Positions 34,496 through 44,700 of a stretch of DNA of 64,000 bases are shown here, piece by piece. The stretch covers positions 20,128 to 84,127 of the forward strand of contig JAFMIZ010000002.1 in NCBI GenBank assembly GCA_017853715.1, in the 5' to 3' direction. Position 1 is the first letter of the stretch. Each line of letters starts with the position of its first letter. A model generated the notes under the pieces. The model was not told the DNA's origin. It ran no database searches and was given only the letters and a program-made list of their open reading frames with translations. This DNA comes from Pedosphaera sp. Lineage in GTDB: Bacteria; Verrucomicrobiota; Verrucomicrobiia; Limisphaerales; DSYF01. Made by a program: the position numbers and the translations under genes.

Positions 34496-37400
34496 ATGGC
34501 AACCGCTCCCGCTGTGCAATCCCTGCCGCAGCGACTGGAGCGAGGCGGAGCTTTGTATTGCACCGGCATCAGCGCACCCGCACAACCCTTCCTCGCGGCG
34601 CTTTTGCATCGGCAGTTCCCGCGCCGCCCCGTGGTCATCGTCACCAGCAGCCTCAAGACTCAGGAATGGTTACAGCAGGATGTGGAGACGTGGTTGAACA
34701 CCGCCCGGCCCCCATCCCCACCCCAGAGCCCTGATCCTCGAACCAAGACCCTATTCTATCCCGCTTGGGAAACCCTGCCACACGAAGCGCGGCTACCGCA
34801 CGCAGACGTCATCGCCGACCGGCTGAACACGCTGATCGCTTTGTCGCACGGCGAACCCTCATCGGCGCGCCACCCCACCTGCCCCATCATCGCCAGTGTG
34901 TCGGCTTTGCTGCAACGCACCTTTTATCCAACGGACCTGGCAAAGCGCACGCGGGCGCTGAAACGCGGCGATCGCATCGAACCGCTGGACTTGGTCGATT
35001 GGCTCGAAGCGCAGGGCTACGAGCCGGAAGCGCAGGTCACCGCCAAAGGCGAACTCGCTTTGCGCGGCGGCATCCTCGATGTTTTCCCCCCCACGAGCCC
35101 ATGGCCGCTGCGGTTGGAATTCTTTGGCGATGAACTGGAATCGTTGCGCGAATTTGACCCGCTTACGCAGATCTCCCGTGAGGAAGTTGAGTCCGCCACG
35201 CTGCCCCCCGCCGGTGAGCTGGGCATTCTGAAGCAGGCGATCGCCGCTCCCCCCTCCGATCACCGACTCGCCAGCCTGCTCGATTATCTGCCGGACAACG
35301 CCCTGCTGGTGCTGTGCGAGCCGGAATCATTGGAGGAACAGGCCGCGCTCTATGCCTCGCAGATCCCACCGGGCGATCCGTTCTTGATCACATGGGCGGA
35401 CTTTCAGCGGCAGGCGGAGGCGCGGGGGATGACCTTGCTGTCGCTGGGCGAATTCCAGCCAGCGGATGTTGACCACACCCAGTCGGAGACCGGCGCCCCA
35501 AGTCTGGACTTGAACCTGTTGTCGCTAGACGCGTTTCGCCCGGTGGTCGAAAAGGCAGCCGAGCCGCAAGTCGCCCAAGCGCAGCGCCGGGAGTTCTTTG
35601 AGCAGATGCATCGCTGGCTGCGGCAGGGCTACGCGGTGAACGTGTTCTGCAACAATGACGGCGAACGCCAGCGCTTCTCAGAAATCTGGGCGGAGATGGG
35701 TCTAGGGTCTGGCATCCCAGATCTAAGGTCTGGGGCGGAAACCCAGACCCAAGACGCCAGGCCCAAGACCCAAATAGGCACGCTGGGACGGGGCTTCATC
35801 TCGGATGCCGCGAAGGTGGTCGTCGTCACGGACGCAGAAATCTTCGGACGCTACAAGCGTCAGCAGCCGCGCCGGCTCAAATCCATCCACGCCCAGGCCA
35901 CCAAATCCGCGTTGGACATCGATTTCACGCACCTCGAAGAAGGCGATCTGGTGGTTCATCTGCAGCACGGCATCGGGCGGTTCGTCGGCCTGAGACCGAT
36001 GCCGGCCACGGTCGGCCATCGCCCATCACAAATCGCCAATCATCCGTCCGAGGAGTGTTTGGTCATCGAATATGCCGCGAGCGAACCCAACCAGCCTGCG
36101 CCACGCTTGTATGTGCCGGTCACCGAAGCCCACCTCGTGAGCAAATACGTGGGCGTGGGCAAGGTGCGTCCGCCCCTGAACGCACTCGGCGGCACGCGCT
36201 GGCACAAGGCGAAGGAACAAGCGGAGCGCGCCGTACGCGACGTGGCGTCCGAACTGTTGCGCATCCAGGCCGCGCGCGCATCGCAGCCGGGGTTTTCATT
36301 CGGGCAGGATACGGCGTGGCAACGGGAGTTCGAAGCGTCCTTCGTCTTTGAGGAAACCCCGGACCAGTGGCGCGCCATCCAAGAGGCAAAGGCCGATATG
36401 GAACGTCCCAAGCCGATGGATCGATTGATCTGCGGCGACGTGGGTTTCGGCAAGACGGAAGTGGCAATTCGCGCGGCGTTCAAGTCGGTGATGGCCGGCA
36501 AACAAGTGGCCATCCTCGTGCCCACCACGGTGCTCGCACAACAGCACTTCAACACGTTCCGCGAGCGCATGGCGGATTATCCCGTCCGCGTGGAGCTGCT
36601 CTCGCGCTTCCGCCCTCGCCGGGCGCAGGCCAAGGTGATTGAAGACCTCGCCGGCGGTGCCGTGGATGTTGTCATCGGCACGCATCGGCTCGTGCAGAGC
36701 GATGTGGTGTTCAAGGACCTTGGGCTCGTGATCATCGATGAAGAACAGCGGTTCGGCGTCTTGCACAAGGAAAAGTTCAAACGGCTGCGCACGCATGTGG
36801 ACGTGCTCACGCTCAGCGCCACGCCCATTCCCCGAACGCTCTACCTCGCACTCACCGGTGCGCGCGACATGAGCACCATCCAGACGCCGCCACAGGACCG
36901 GCTGCCGGTGGAAACCATCGTCACCGCCTATGACGAACGCATCATCCGCGACGCCATCCAACGCGAGTTGAACCGGGGCGGACAAGTATTTTTCCTCCAC
37001 AACCGCGTTTCCACCATCGAGACGATGGCGCAAAAAATCCGCGCCCTGGTGCCCCAGGCGCGCATCCTCGTCGGGCACGGGCAGATGCACGCGGATGATC
37101 TGGAAGAAGTGATGGCCACGTTCATCAACGGAGAGGCGGATGTGCTGTTGTCCACCACGATCATCGAGAGCGGTCTGGATATCCCCAATGCGAACACCAT
37201 CATCATTGATCGTGCCGACCGCTTTGGGCTGAGCGATCTCTACCAGCTGCGCGGTCGCGTGGGCCGCTACAAGCACCAGGCCTACGCCTACCTGCTGATC
37301 CCGCGCCACGCGGGATTGCTCTCGGATGCACGCAAGCGCATCAGCGCCATGAAGCAATACGCCACGCTGGGCAGCGGTTTCAAAATCGCCATGCGGGACC

Positions 37401-37996
37401 TGGAAATACGCGGCGCCGGCAACCTGCTGGGCTCCGAGCAAAGCGGTCACATCACGGCGGTGGGCTTCGAGCTTTACTGCGATCTGCTCAAGCAAAGTGT
37501 GGCGGCCCTCAAGGGCGAGAAGGTGAAGCCGCGGGTTGAAGTGGCGGTGCGACTGGATTTCTTGAGCGTAGGTGGCAGCGATGAGGATGGCGCGGCTGGC
37601 AACGCATCTTCCGTCTCCGACGCGCAGCACACAACCTGCAACACGGACACCAGCGCCTCCCTGCCGCATGCATACGTCGCCGAATCGCAACAGCGCATCG
37701 AGATTTACCGCAAGCTGGCACAGGCCGAAGACCGCGCCGCCATCGCTGCGTTGCAAAAAGAAGTGCGCGATCGCTTCGGGCCTTTGCCAGAACCGACGGA
37801 GATGCTGCTGCTGCTGGGGGAACTGAAGTTGATGGCAGCCGAGCGCGGCATCACCGACATCGAAGTGCGCGGCGACAAATTGATGCTGACCCGGAAAGGA
37901 GACTTCGTGCAGGTAGGCGGCAAATTCCCGCGCCTGACCAAAAAAACACCCGAAGCGAAGCTTCGGGAAATCCGGCGGCTGTTGCTCGCGTTGTAG
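34496..37996 (+). CDS. mfd: transcription-repair coupling factor
   Basis: I chose the ATG at 34496; the track starts at a TTG at 34448. The CarD-like region is [14 protein letters not shown]. Helicase motif I is [11 protein letters not shown] and motif II is IIDEEQRFG. The TRG region is QLRGRVGR. The C-terminal D7 region is present. Confidence 0.95.
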   Translation: MATAPAVQSLPQRLERGGALYCTGISAPAQPFLAALLHRQFPRRPVVIVTSSLKTQEWLQQDVETWLNTARPPSPPQSPDPRTKTLFYPAWETLPHEARLPHADVIADRLNTLIALSHGEPSSARHPTCPIIASVSALLQRTFYPTDLAKRTRALKRGDRIEPLDLVDWLEAQGYEPEAQVTAKGELALRGGILDVFPPTSPWPLRLEFFGDELESLREFDPLTQISREEVESATLPPAGELGILKQAIAAPPSDHRLASLLDYLPDNALLVLCEPESLEEQAALYASQIPPGDPFLITWADFQRQAEARGMTLLSLGEFQPADVDHTQSETGAPSLDLNLLSLDAFRPVVEKAAEPQVAQAQRREFFEQMHRWLRQGYAVNVFCNNDGERQRFSEIWAEMGLGSGIPDLRSGAETQTQDARPKTQIGTLGRGFISDAAKVVVVTDAEIFGRYKRQQPRRLKSIHAQATKSALDIDFTHLEEGDLVVHLQHGIGRFVGLRPMPATVGHRPSQIANHPSEECLVIEYAASEPNQPAPRLYVPVTEAHLVSKYVGVGKVRPPLNALGGTRWHKAKEQAERAVRDVASELLRIQAARASQPGFSFGQDTAWQREFEASFVFEETPDQWRAIQEAKADMERPKPMDRLICGDVGFGKTEVAIRAAFKSVMAGKQVAILVPTTVLAQQHFNTFRERMADYPVRVELLSRFRPRRAQAKVIEDLAGGAVDVVIGTHRLVQSDVVFKDLGLVIIDEEQRFGVLHKEKFKRLRTHVDVLTLSATPIPRTLYLALTGARDMSTIQTPPQDRLPVETIVTAYDERIIRDAIQRELNRGGQVFFLHNRVSTIETMAQKIRALVPQARILVGHGQMHADDLEEVMATFINGEADVLLSTTIIESGLDIPNANTIIIDRADRFGLSDLYQLRGRVGRYKHQAYAYLLIPRHAGLLSDARKRISAMKQYATLGSGFKIAMRDLEIRGAGNLLGSEQSGHITAVGFELYCDLLKQSVAALKGEKVKPRVEVAVRLDFLSVGGSDEDGAAGNASSVSDAQHTTCNTDTSASLPHAYVAESQQRIEIYRKLAQAEDRAAIAALQKEVRDRFGPLPEPTEMLLLLGELKLMAAERGITDIEVRGDKLMLTRKGDFVQVGGKFPRLTKKTPEAKLREIRRLLLAL
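35705..35750 (+). repeat. in-frame palindromic repeat inside mfd (ggtctgg / ccagacc type)
   Basis: ggtctggg (35727-35734) pairs with cccagacc (35742-35749) across a 7-nt loop. A degenerate copy precedes it: gggtctgg (35705-35712) ... cccagatc (35716-35723). The stretch encodes [16 protein letters not shown]. Confidence 0.55.
37571..37618 (+). repeat. in-frame repeat element inside mfd, homologous to the element in cinA (57873-57929)
   Basis: The mfd copy reads ggtggcag-cgat-gaggatgg-cgcggct-ggcaa-cg-catcttcc-gtctcc. The cinA copy reads ggtggcag-taagatc-gaggatgg-aaccggg-gcaaa-cacac-catcttcc-atcctcc. The reading frame is the same ([16 protein letters not shown] versus GGSKIEDGTGANTPSSIL). Confidence 0.6.
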
Positions 37997-38003
37997 GGAA
38001 AGG

Positions 38004-38294
38004 CTAGTTCGACAGGAGCGAAGCCTGGCGGGCTTTGCGCCAGAGGGTGCGGTGGTTGGCTACCCAGATAGCGCGGGCGTGCTCCAAGCCGATGTCGCGG
38101 CCAGCCCTCTCAGATTCCAGCCACTTGAGGCGCAGGATTTCATCCTGCTCGACCAAGTATTCGCGATGCAGGGCGGACCGGGCCAGCAACGCAAAGTCAG
38201 GCGCGAGCTGGCGGGCTTTGCTGCCGCCGCGTTCGATTGCACTGTGAATTGGTCGTTGTCGGTTCAATCGGTTTGAGCCTACGTTTGGTTTCAC
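38004..38294 (-). CDS. small hypothetical protein with W-L-E-S-E-R-A-G-x-D-I-G motif
   Basis: 96-aa ORF downstream of, and co-directional with, the GH57 gene. LKWLESERAGRDIGLEHARAIWVANH looks like a conserved small-domain motif, but I cannot name the family. The start is uncertain. Confidence 0.45.
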   Translation of the reverse strand: MKPNVGSNRLNRQRPIHSAIERGGSKARQLAPDFALLARSALHREYLVEQDEILRLKWLESERAGRDIGLEHARAIWVANHRTLWRKARQASLLSN

Positions 38295-38324
38295 ACTCCC
38301 TCTACCGCATGTTTGCGCGGGTGT

Positions 38325-41300
38325 CTAGGGTGACAATTTGACGCGATAAAACCGCTGCGGCACTCCCGGAATGGACGCATCCTCATAGCCCAGAGTCATT
38401 TGGAGCGGGCCAGCGTTGGTGGCCGAATTCGGGATATCCGTCCACGGTCCGGCTGCCCAGCTACTTTGTTGGACCTGATAACTGCGTCCCGGCATCGAAT
38501 TCCAGTGCAGCACGGCCTGGCCCGCAGAAACCGAGAGGGCTTGAACGACGAACCCAAGTTGGGGGTCAAGGCGATCGAACAATCCATCCGCGTTGGCATC
38601 CATCAGTGCTGCTGTGGGGATGACGAAGAACTCGCCGGGGTCGAGGTTTGGCCCGGAACCGGCGGGCGACTGATTGACCAAAGGGCTGCCGTCAGCAGTT
38701 CCATACGCGGCGGCGGCGATGTAAATATTCGTCGGCACCGCACCGAAAGCCGACGCGAGATCGATGACACCCTCGAACACGCCGCTGGTTGACGATGACT
38801 TGGCAATCTGCGAGCCGCTGCCAGCATTGTTCCAAACCACGTAACTGTTCTGGCTCTCCGTGGCCATGTAGGGCTTGGTGTTGGTCACCGCCACAGTGCC
38901 CGCTTTGGACCAAGGCGCGCCCACAGAGCCAGAGGGCAAGAGAGCATCACTGACGAAGAGGTAATGGTCATTCGGTCCAGTGGTGCCGGGGGATTGCGTG
39001 GCGACGTAGAGTTTGGTGCCGCGCAACGCGGCGAAGAGCCCGAGGCCGTTGCTCGACACGCGATAGCCCGCGAAGTCCAGCAAGCCGTCCAAACTAAAAG
39101 GCGGATAGTTGGTGGGAACAGCCCCCGGGCTCACCGCAAAGTGCCAGTCTGAGCCACCGTTGTTGTCCCAAGTGCCCGCGCCGTTGTTGAACACGCAATC
39201 CAACTGCGTCGCGTTCGCCGGGATGCTCGCCCTGTATTCCCACCAGTTCGAGTCTGCATTGTAAGTCATGACCGGGTCGGGAGTCAGCACGGTGCCGCCC
39301 TGCCAGTTGTTGTAGCCGAGGTGAAGGTAAACCGGATTCGCCGAGGCAAGGTTACGCCCAGCGGGATTGTATCGGATGGTCACGTTGCTGCCGGCGACGG
39401 GATTGGTCGGCGAAAGGGTCACCACCGTGCCACCCCCACCGCCCGTGTCCGAACCCGCGCCTGAATCCACCCAAACATGCTGGATGTCGCTCTGATGAAC
39501 GTTGCCTTTGCCATCGGTGGCGCTGACGTAGTAGTCGAGCAGGACGTTCGTGTAACCCGTGACCTTCGCCCAGTAATAATCCGCCATGGCTGCCGGGGTG
39601 AGGAAGAAATCGACGCTCCCGTTGCCGGTGATGTTGCCCGGGGGGATGGTGCGCTTGGTCATGGGCAATGGCACCCACGCGCCAACGCCGGGGCCACCGG
39701 CATAAGTGTCGTTGGCGTTGTCAGCCAGCGGATTCACGCCGTCGCTGTCGGCCCGGACATAAAGCGTCACGTTCGTCACACCGCTTACGTCGAACACCTG
39801 CGTCCAGATGTGAAAGGCCGTGGAGTAAGGGGGACGCCCCTCAAACCCAACCGGCTGATAACCCGTCAGCGGCCCCCAACCTTTGCCGCCCGGATTCCAC
39901 GGGAAGCGTTGCGGCTTGAAGACGGTGGGCGGCGTCTGGTCGAGGGCAGCGTTGCCAATGACATTGGTCGCGAAAACCATCGCACGGTTTACGGCGAGCG
40001 TCTGCTTCACTTCATCGTCGAGGGACGTGCCGTAATACATGAAGCCGCTGTCCAAGCCGCCGAGGTAATAATGCCACGCCTGCTCGACTGCGTTGGGATT
40101 GTTGTTCACGCCCGAGCGGCTGACGGGTTCCTGAATCTTCCACGTCTGCACGGTGCCGCCGTTGCTGATGTGAATCTGCTCAGCCGTCTCGCAGTAATTG
40201 GCCCCGGCCACGAGCACGGCCCAATTCCGCCAATCCTCCGTCCAGCCGGGCGTTTCAAGATCATACCACGTGCGCGGATCGGTGGCGTTGTAGGCGGGGT
40301 CGCTCGAAGCGCGCGTAGGCGGCCAAAGCCAGTTGATGAACTGCGGATGGCCCCAGTCACCGGCAGCATTCACCCACGCGCCGTCTTCGACATGGACGAC
40401 GGCATTGGCGGGCACGGGATGGTCAGCGAGGAACTGCTGGATGGTGGTGGGGCGATAGCCCTTCGCCGCAGCGGCATTGAACAAACCAGGCACTGATTCC
40501 TGATAATAGCTGTTGCCGCCGCCCCAGGCGTTGTCCCCGTCGTGCGCCATCAGGACGATGCTCGGTCGTGCCGGGTCGTTGAAGGGCGCGATGTGCGCGT
40601 CGATGTCGCCCGTGCCCATCGTGCCGAACCCGTTTTGGTAGCTGAGCAAGTCGCACATCGGCACCACGGTGATGAAGCTCTCGGCACCGTTGGCCGGATT
40701 CACGTATTTGGTCCGATGCGCCTGGTAGGCGAATGGGGCCGGGAACGCACCGCCGCGCCCGTCAATCGTGCCATTCCACCACTGGTTTGCGGGAACCGTT
40801 GGCCCGACTTGGTCCCCGCGATTGGGCGGATCACAGTTCCAGCCGCTATTCCCCTTCTGCGCCACGTCGAGATAGTTAGAACACGTGCGGGCGAGGTGAC
40901 TATTGGCAATGATGCTCCACTCGTAGCCCTCTTCAGCGAGGATGGGGATGATCGTTTCGGAGAACGCAGCCTCAATCGGCCAGAATCCTTTCGAGTGATC
41001 ACTTTTGTCGGGATTGCCGCCCCAACTTTTCCACCAAACCTCCTTGAAGATTTGAATTTCCTTCCGCAGAACGCTTTTCGGCAGCAACGGACTGAACGCG
41101 TGGTGATACGTCTGCCCCACCATGTCCGCCCGAGGATAGCCACCCGTGGTGCGATACGTCGCCGATGAACCGCGGGCCGTCGTGTAGCCGCTGTTCCAAC
41201 CGGAACCGTAGCCATACATGCCCGCGCTGCCGAGTGACCAGATATTCTCCTGCAACGCTCCGGAGTAGCTGACCGAAGCGCCGCCATCAGGATGCGAGAG

Positions 41301-41675
41301 AATGGTGTTGATGGAACTCAAACCACCGCCCTGATAGGCCTGGACCCGGTCCGCCTTGTCGAAGACCGCATCAAATTCGCCACCGTCACCGCTGACGAGG
41401 GCGTTGCGCGGATGTTTGTAGGTTGATCCAGGATAGAAGTTGCCCGCGTTGGCCAGCTTCAAATTGATGGAGTCCGCCGCGAACTGGTAACGATTCGTCT
41501 GGCTGCCATTCGGATTACGCTCCGGCCAGTAAATTGGCTGGTGCAAATGCCAGTGGCAGGCCAAGTGAACCGAGTTGTTCGCTTGAGCCGCGGGCAGAGC
41601 GGCTGCCAGCAACGCCAGCGCCCGCAGAACTGTAAGGGACAACTTCATGTCTTGGGACAAAGCTTTCAACGTCAC
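38325..41675 (-). CDS. secreted glycoside hydrolase family 57 (alpha-glucan-active) with starch-binding-like domain and C-terminal FYRVKLSP module
   Basis: 1116-aa ORF with a signal peptide (LRALALLAAALPAAQA). GH57 regions: HLACHWHLHQPIYW (HQP), GFWPIEAAFSE (nucleophile Glu context), MAHDGDNAWGG (acid/base Asp context). A CBM25/53-like segment reads VYLHLGYNNWQGG ... VFNNGAGTWDNNGGSDWHF. Confidence 0.8.
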   Translation of the reverse strand: MTLKALSQDMKLSLTVLRALALLAAALPAAQANNSVHLACHWHLHQPIYWPERNPNGSQTNRYQFAADSINLKLANAGNFYPGSTYKHPRNALVSGDGGEFDAVFDKADRVQAYQGGGLSSINTILSHPDGGASVSYSGALQENIWSLGSAGMYGYGSGWNSGYTTARGSSATYRTTGGYPRADMVGQTYHHAFSPLLPKSVLRKEIQIFKEVWWKSWGGNPDKSDHSKGFWPIEAAFSETIIPILAEEGYEWSIIANSHLARTCSNYLDVAQKGNSGWNCDPPNRGDQVGPTVPANQWWNGTIDGRGGAFPAPFAYQAHRTKYVNPANGAESFITVVPMCDLLSYQNGFGTMGTGDIDAHIAPFNDPARPSIVLMAHDGDNAWGGGNSYYQESVPGLFNAAAAKGYRPTTIQQFLADHPVPANAVVHVEDGAWVNAAGDWGHPQFINWLWPPTRASSDPAYNATDPRTWYDLETPGWTEDWRNWAVLVAGANYCETAEQIHISNGGTVQTWKIQEPVSRSGVNNNPNAVEQAWHYYLGGLDSGFMYYGTSLDDEVKQTLAVNRAMVFATNVIGNAALDQTPPTVFKPQRFPWNPGGKGWGPLTGYQPVGFEGRPPYSTAFHIWTQVFDVSGVTNVTLYVRADSDGVNPLADNANDTYAGGPGVGAWVPLPMTKRTIPPGNITGNGSVDFFLTPAAMADYYWAKVTGYTNVLLDYYVSATDGKGNVHQSDIQHVWVDSGAGSDTGGGGGTVVTLSPTNPVAGSNVTIRYNPAGRNLASANPVYLHLGYNNWQGGTVLTPDPVMTYNADSNWWEYRASIPANATQLDCVFNNGAGTWDNNGGSDWHFAVSPGAVPTNYPPFSLDGLLDFAGYRVSSNGLGLFAALRGTKLYVATQSPGTTGPNDHYLFVSDALLPSGSVGAPWSKAGTVAVTNTKPYMATESQNSYVVWNNAGSGSQIAKSSSTSGVFEGVIDLASAFGAVPTNIYIAAAAYGTADGSPLVNQSPAGSGPNLDPGEFFVIPTAALMDANADGLFDRLDPQLGFVVQALSVSAGQAVLHWNSMPGRSYQVQQSSWAAGPWTDIPNSATNAGPLQMTLGYEDASIPGVPQRFYRVKLSP

Positions 41676-41696
41676 CTTAGCTGCCCGAGCCGTGGC

Positions 41697-41728
41697 TCAA
41701 CACCGCATTTTCGTGCGGTTGTTTGAGA
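41697..41728. promoter_or_regulatory. imperfect palindrome in the divergent GH57/GH13 intergenic region
   Basis: ctcaacaccgca (41697-41708) pairs with tgcggttgtttgag (41715-41728). The accgca/tgcggt core is perfect and the outer arm pairs with two bulged T residues. It lies in the 104-bp gap between the two divergent start codons. Confidence 0.3.
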
Positions 41729-41779
41729 GGCTCAGCCCCTTAGACTACACTTGCCACGCGCAACCTTGATTCGCACCCC

Positions 41780-44700
41780 ATGCTTTCTCTTAAAACATTT
41801 CGTCGCCACCGCAGGAGCACGTCGTTCATCCGGACCGCCGGCCTGTTTCTCATGCTGATCGCCCTGCTCGGCGGCAGCCGCCCCGCCGCGCGCGCCGAGG
41901 CGATGCTGCAGTTATTCAACGTGAATTGGGATGAGCTCACGCAGAAGATTCCCGAGATCGCCGAAGCCGGTTACACCAGCCTGTGGCTGCCGCCGCCCGC
42001 CAAAGCCGGCAGCGTGTTCTCCGTCGGCTACGACTTGTTCGACCCTTTCGATCTCGGCGATCTGAATCAACGCGGCACGGTCCGCACGCGTTACGGCACC
42101 AAGGCGGAACTGCAGCAACTCGTCGCCACGGCGCATCGCTTCGGCATCCGCGTGTATTTCGACAACATCATGAACCATCGCGGCTTTGATGTGCCCCGCT
42201 ACACGCTAAGCACCCCCACCAATCTTTATCCGGGCCTGACCATCGAGGATTTCCACGTGCGCCGCCAAGCCGACGGCACGTATCGCAACTGGGATCCGGT
42301 GAACAACTACAACAGTCTGTTCGAGGTCCAGAACCGTCCGCTCTTCGGCCTGCTCGACCTCGCCAACGAGCCAGGCAGCGTGAACAACAACTTCGGCCTG
42401 AACGAGGGGAACACCACGAACAAAGTTTCCTTCCTCCGCCAGCCGGGCTTCCCGCATTACTACATGGACACCAACCTGCCCGCGATCAATGGCCCGTGGC
42501 GTCCGTTCAATTCCACCAATGGCGACCCAGTCATCGAGGACCTCGGCTCGTATCTCATCCGGTCCGCCATGTGGATCATGGCGGAGACGCGTTGTGATGG
42601 CTTCCGGCTCGACGCGGTGAAGCACACGCCCGCTACGTTCTTCGGCGACACCACGGCGACGCCTTTCGGCTACCTTGGCGGGATCCAGACGATGTTCGAC
42701 CATGTGCATGGTTATGGCACGAACACCACCGGTTACGGCTACGAGGAAGGCGACGACAACCGCAACAGTTGCTTCGACACTGAGGCCCCCCGCAACGATG
42801 CGCTGCTGTTCGGCGAGCACCTGGGCGAACCGCCCAGCTTTCAGGAGTACCTCGATCGCGGGATGCGCCTGCTGAACACGCCCTATCACTTCGAGTTCAA
42901 CAACAAGTTCGGCAACCCCGGCGGAACGCTCGCCGGCCTTGATCAACGCGATTACGAGCCTTACCCCAGCGCCTTCCCCGGGGCGCAAAGCGTCCTCTTC
43001 GCGCAGAGCCATGACGACAACATCTCCATCCGCCGCGAACTGCACAATGCCTACAACTTTTTCCGTGAGGGCCTCCCCTCCATCTATTCCGATGGCTACA
43101 ATGAATCGGGCGCGCCGGACTATTTCCCGAAGATCGCCAGCGCGCCCTACCTGGGCCAGTTCGGTGACCCCAAGATGCCGGAACTCGCCTACCTGCATCA
43201 CCAACTGTCGCGCGGCGGCACGCGGCCCCGTTGGAGCGACGCCGACATCGCGGCGTTCGAGCGCTACGACTATCGCGAGTCCGGCAGCGCCGCGGACCAG
43301 ACCGTGGTGTTGTTCGCGATGAACGACAATTACGGCTTCCCCGGCGACATCGCGTTCGTCGATGGCGAGGGCGAAACCTTCCCGGCAGGCGTGAACAAGC
43401 CGCCCGGCACCGGCGGCGATGCGCAAGGCATTGCCGTGAGTTTTCCACCCGGGTCCGTGCTCGTGCAACTCGCCACGTCCACCCCGGGCTACGATCGCAC
43501 TTACAAGAAGGCCACCGTTCGCCCGGCCACCAACAGCCGCGCAGCCGCGAGCGGCAGCGGCGGCAGCACCGTCTATGTCGGCGGGCAAACCATTCCCGTC
43601 GGCGGCGGCGCGATTGAAATCCTCGTCCCCAGCGGCGGCTACGTGGCCTACGGCTATCAATGGCCCGAAGCGAGCAAGGCCAACAATCGCCGGGATGTGA
43701 TCCAATTCCGCCAGAATGGGGCGAGCCCACTGCGCGTCACGACCTGCCGGCGTGACGGCTTGAACGGAGACACCAATTTTCTCCCAGCCTATCCTTTCAA
43801 GATGCGCGGCAGTGTGGATGACCAGGGCAACTTGATCACGGGCGTGAACGTCTCCAACAAGACCTACGCGATCGACATCCCGGTGCTGACGAATGCCAAT
43901 TTCGACATTTTCTTCGAGACCGACTCGTCTGCAAACAACCTCCTCGCCAAGCTGGACGGCGGGATTGATCTGAACAGCCACTTGAACCTCGGTTCGACCC
44001 ACTTGGACAAGCGGGACAATCGGCCAGGCGAAGCAACCGACGTATTTTTGGGCTACGAACAAACGGCGTTCGTTTCCCGCTACGGCGCCGAGAAATTCGC
44101 CGCCCAAGTGACCAATCGCAACAACACCGTCTCTGATGGCGCAGAGACCTACCACTACACCGTGGGCACGACGAACACCCTGATCGTAAACGGCACGGGC
44201 AACGATTGGACGCTCACCGTGGGGACCGCGGCGTGGGCCACGCACAACCCCGGCACCACCAATGGCTACGTCGGCGCGGGCGGCGGCACGCAGCGCTCTC
44301 CGCTGAACCCAACCGCTGGACAGGCGGTGGATATTCATGTGCGCGCCGGGTTTCAGTTCCAGGTCAGCCGCTGCCTGGTCTATTACACGACCGATGGCAC
44401 GAACCCCGAGGGCGCCTTCGGCGTGGGACGCGGCACCACCAAAGTCGTCTCAGGCAGCTTTGTGAATGACGATGCCATCGACGGCAACATCGATTGGTGG
44501 AAGGCCACCATCCCGGCGGTGGACAACACCGGCGGCGCGCAAATCCGCTACAAGATCGCCCTGTTCAACGACTCCATCCAACCCATCGGCGACAACCTGG
44601 ATGTGAAGCGGTTCGGGCGAACCACTTTTGCCATCACCAACTTCAATCCAACGAGCGCCACGGTCTGGCTGCACAACAACCGCAACACGAACGACGTCGT

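Noticed and set aside
34328-34609. N-terminal extension of the 184-aa ORF 34055-34609
   Set aside because: The extension overlaps the divergent mfd start region and is Cys/Arg/Gly-rich. The internal ATG at 34327 has an AGGAAG ribosome-binding site and yields a 90-aa protein of canonical WXG100 size.
36296-37756. 486-aa minus-strand ORF
   Set aside because: It is antisense to mfd. It shows the same shadow-ORF composition.
42206-44338. 710-aa minus-strand ORF
   Set aside because: It is antisense to the GH13 gene, which carries all four alpha-amylase signature regions. The composition is Arg/Ala/Gly/Val-rich and low in complexity.
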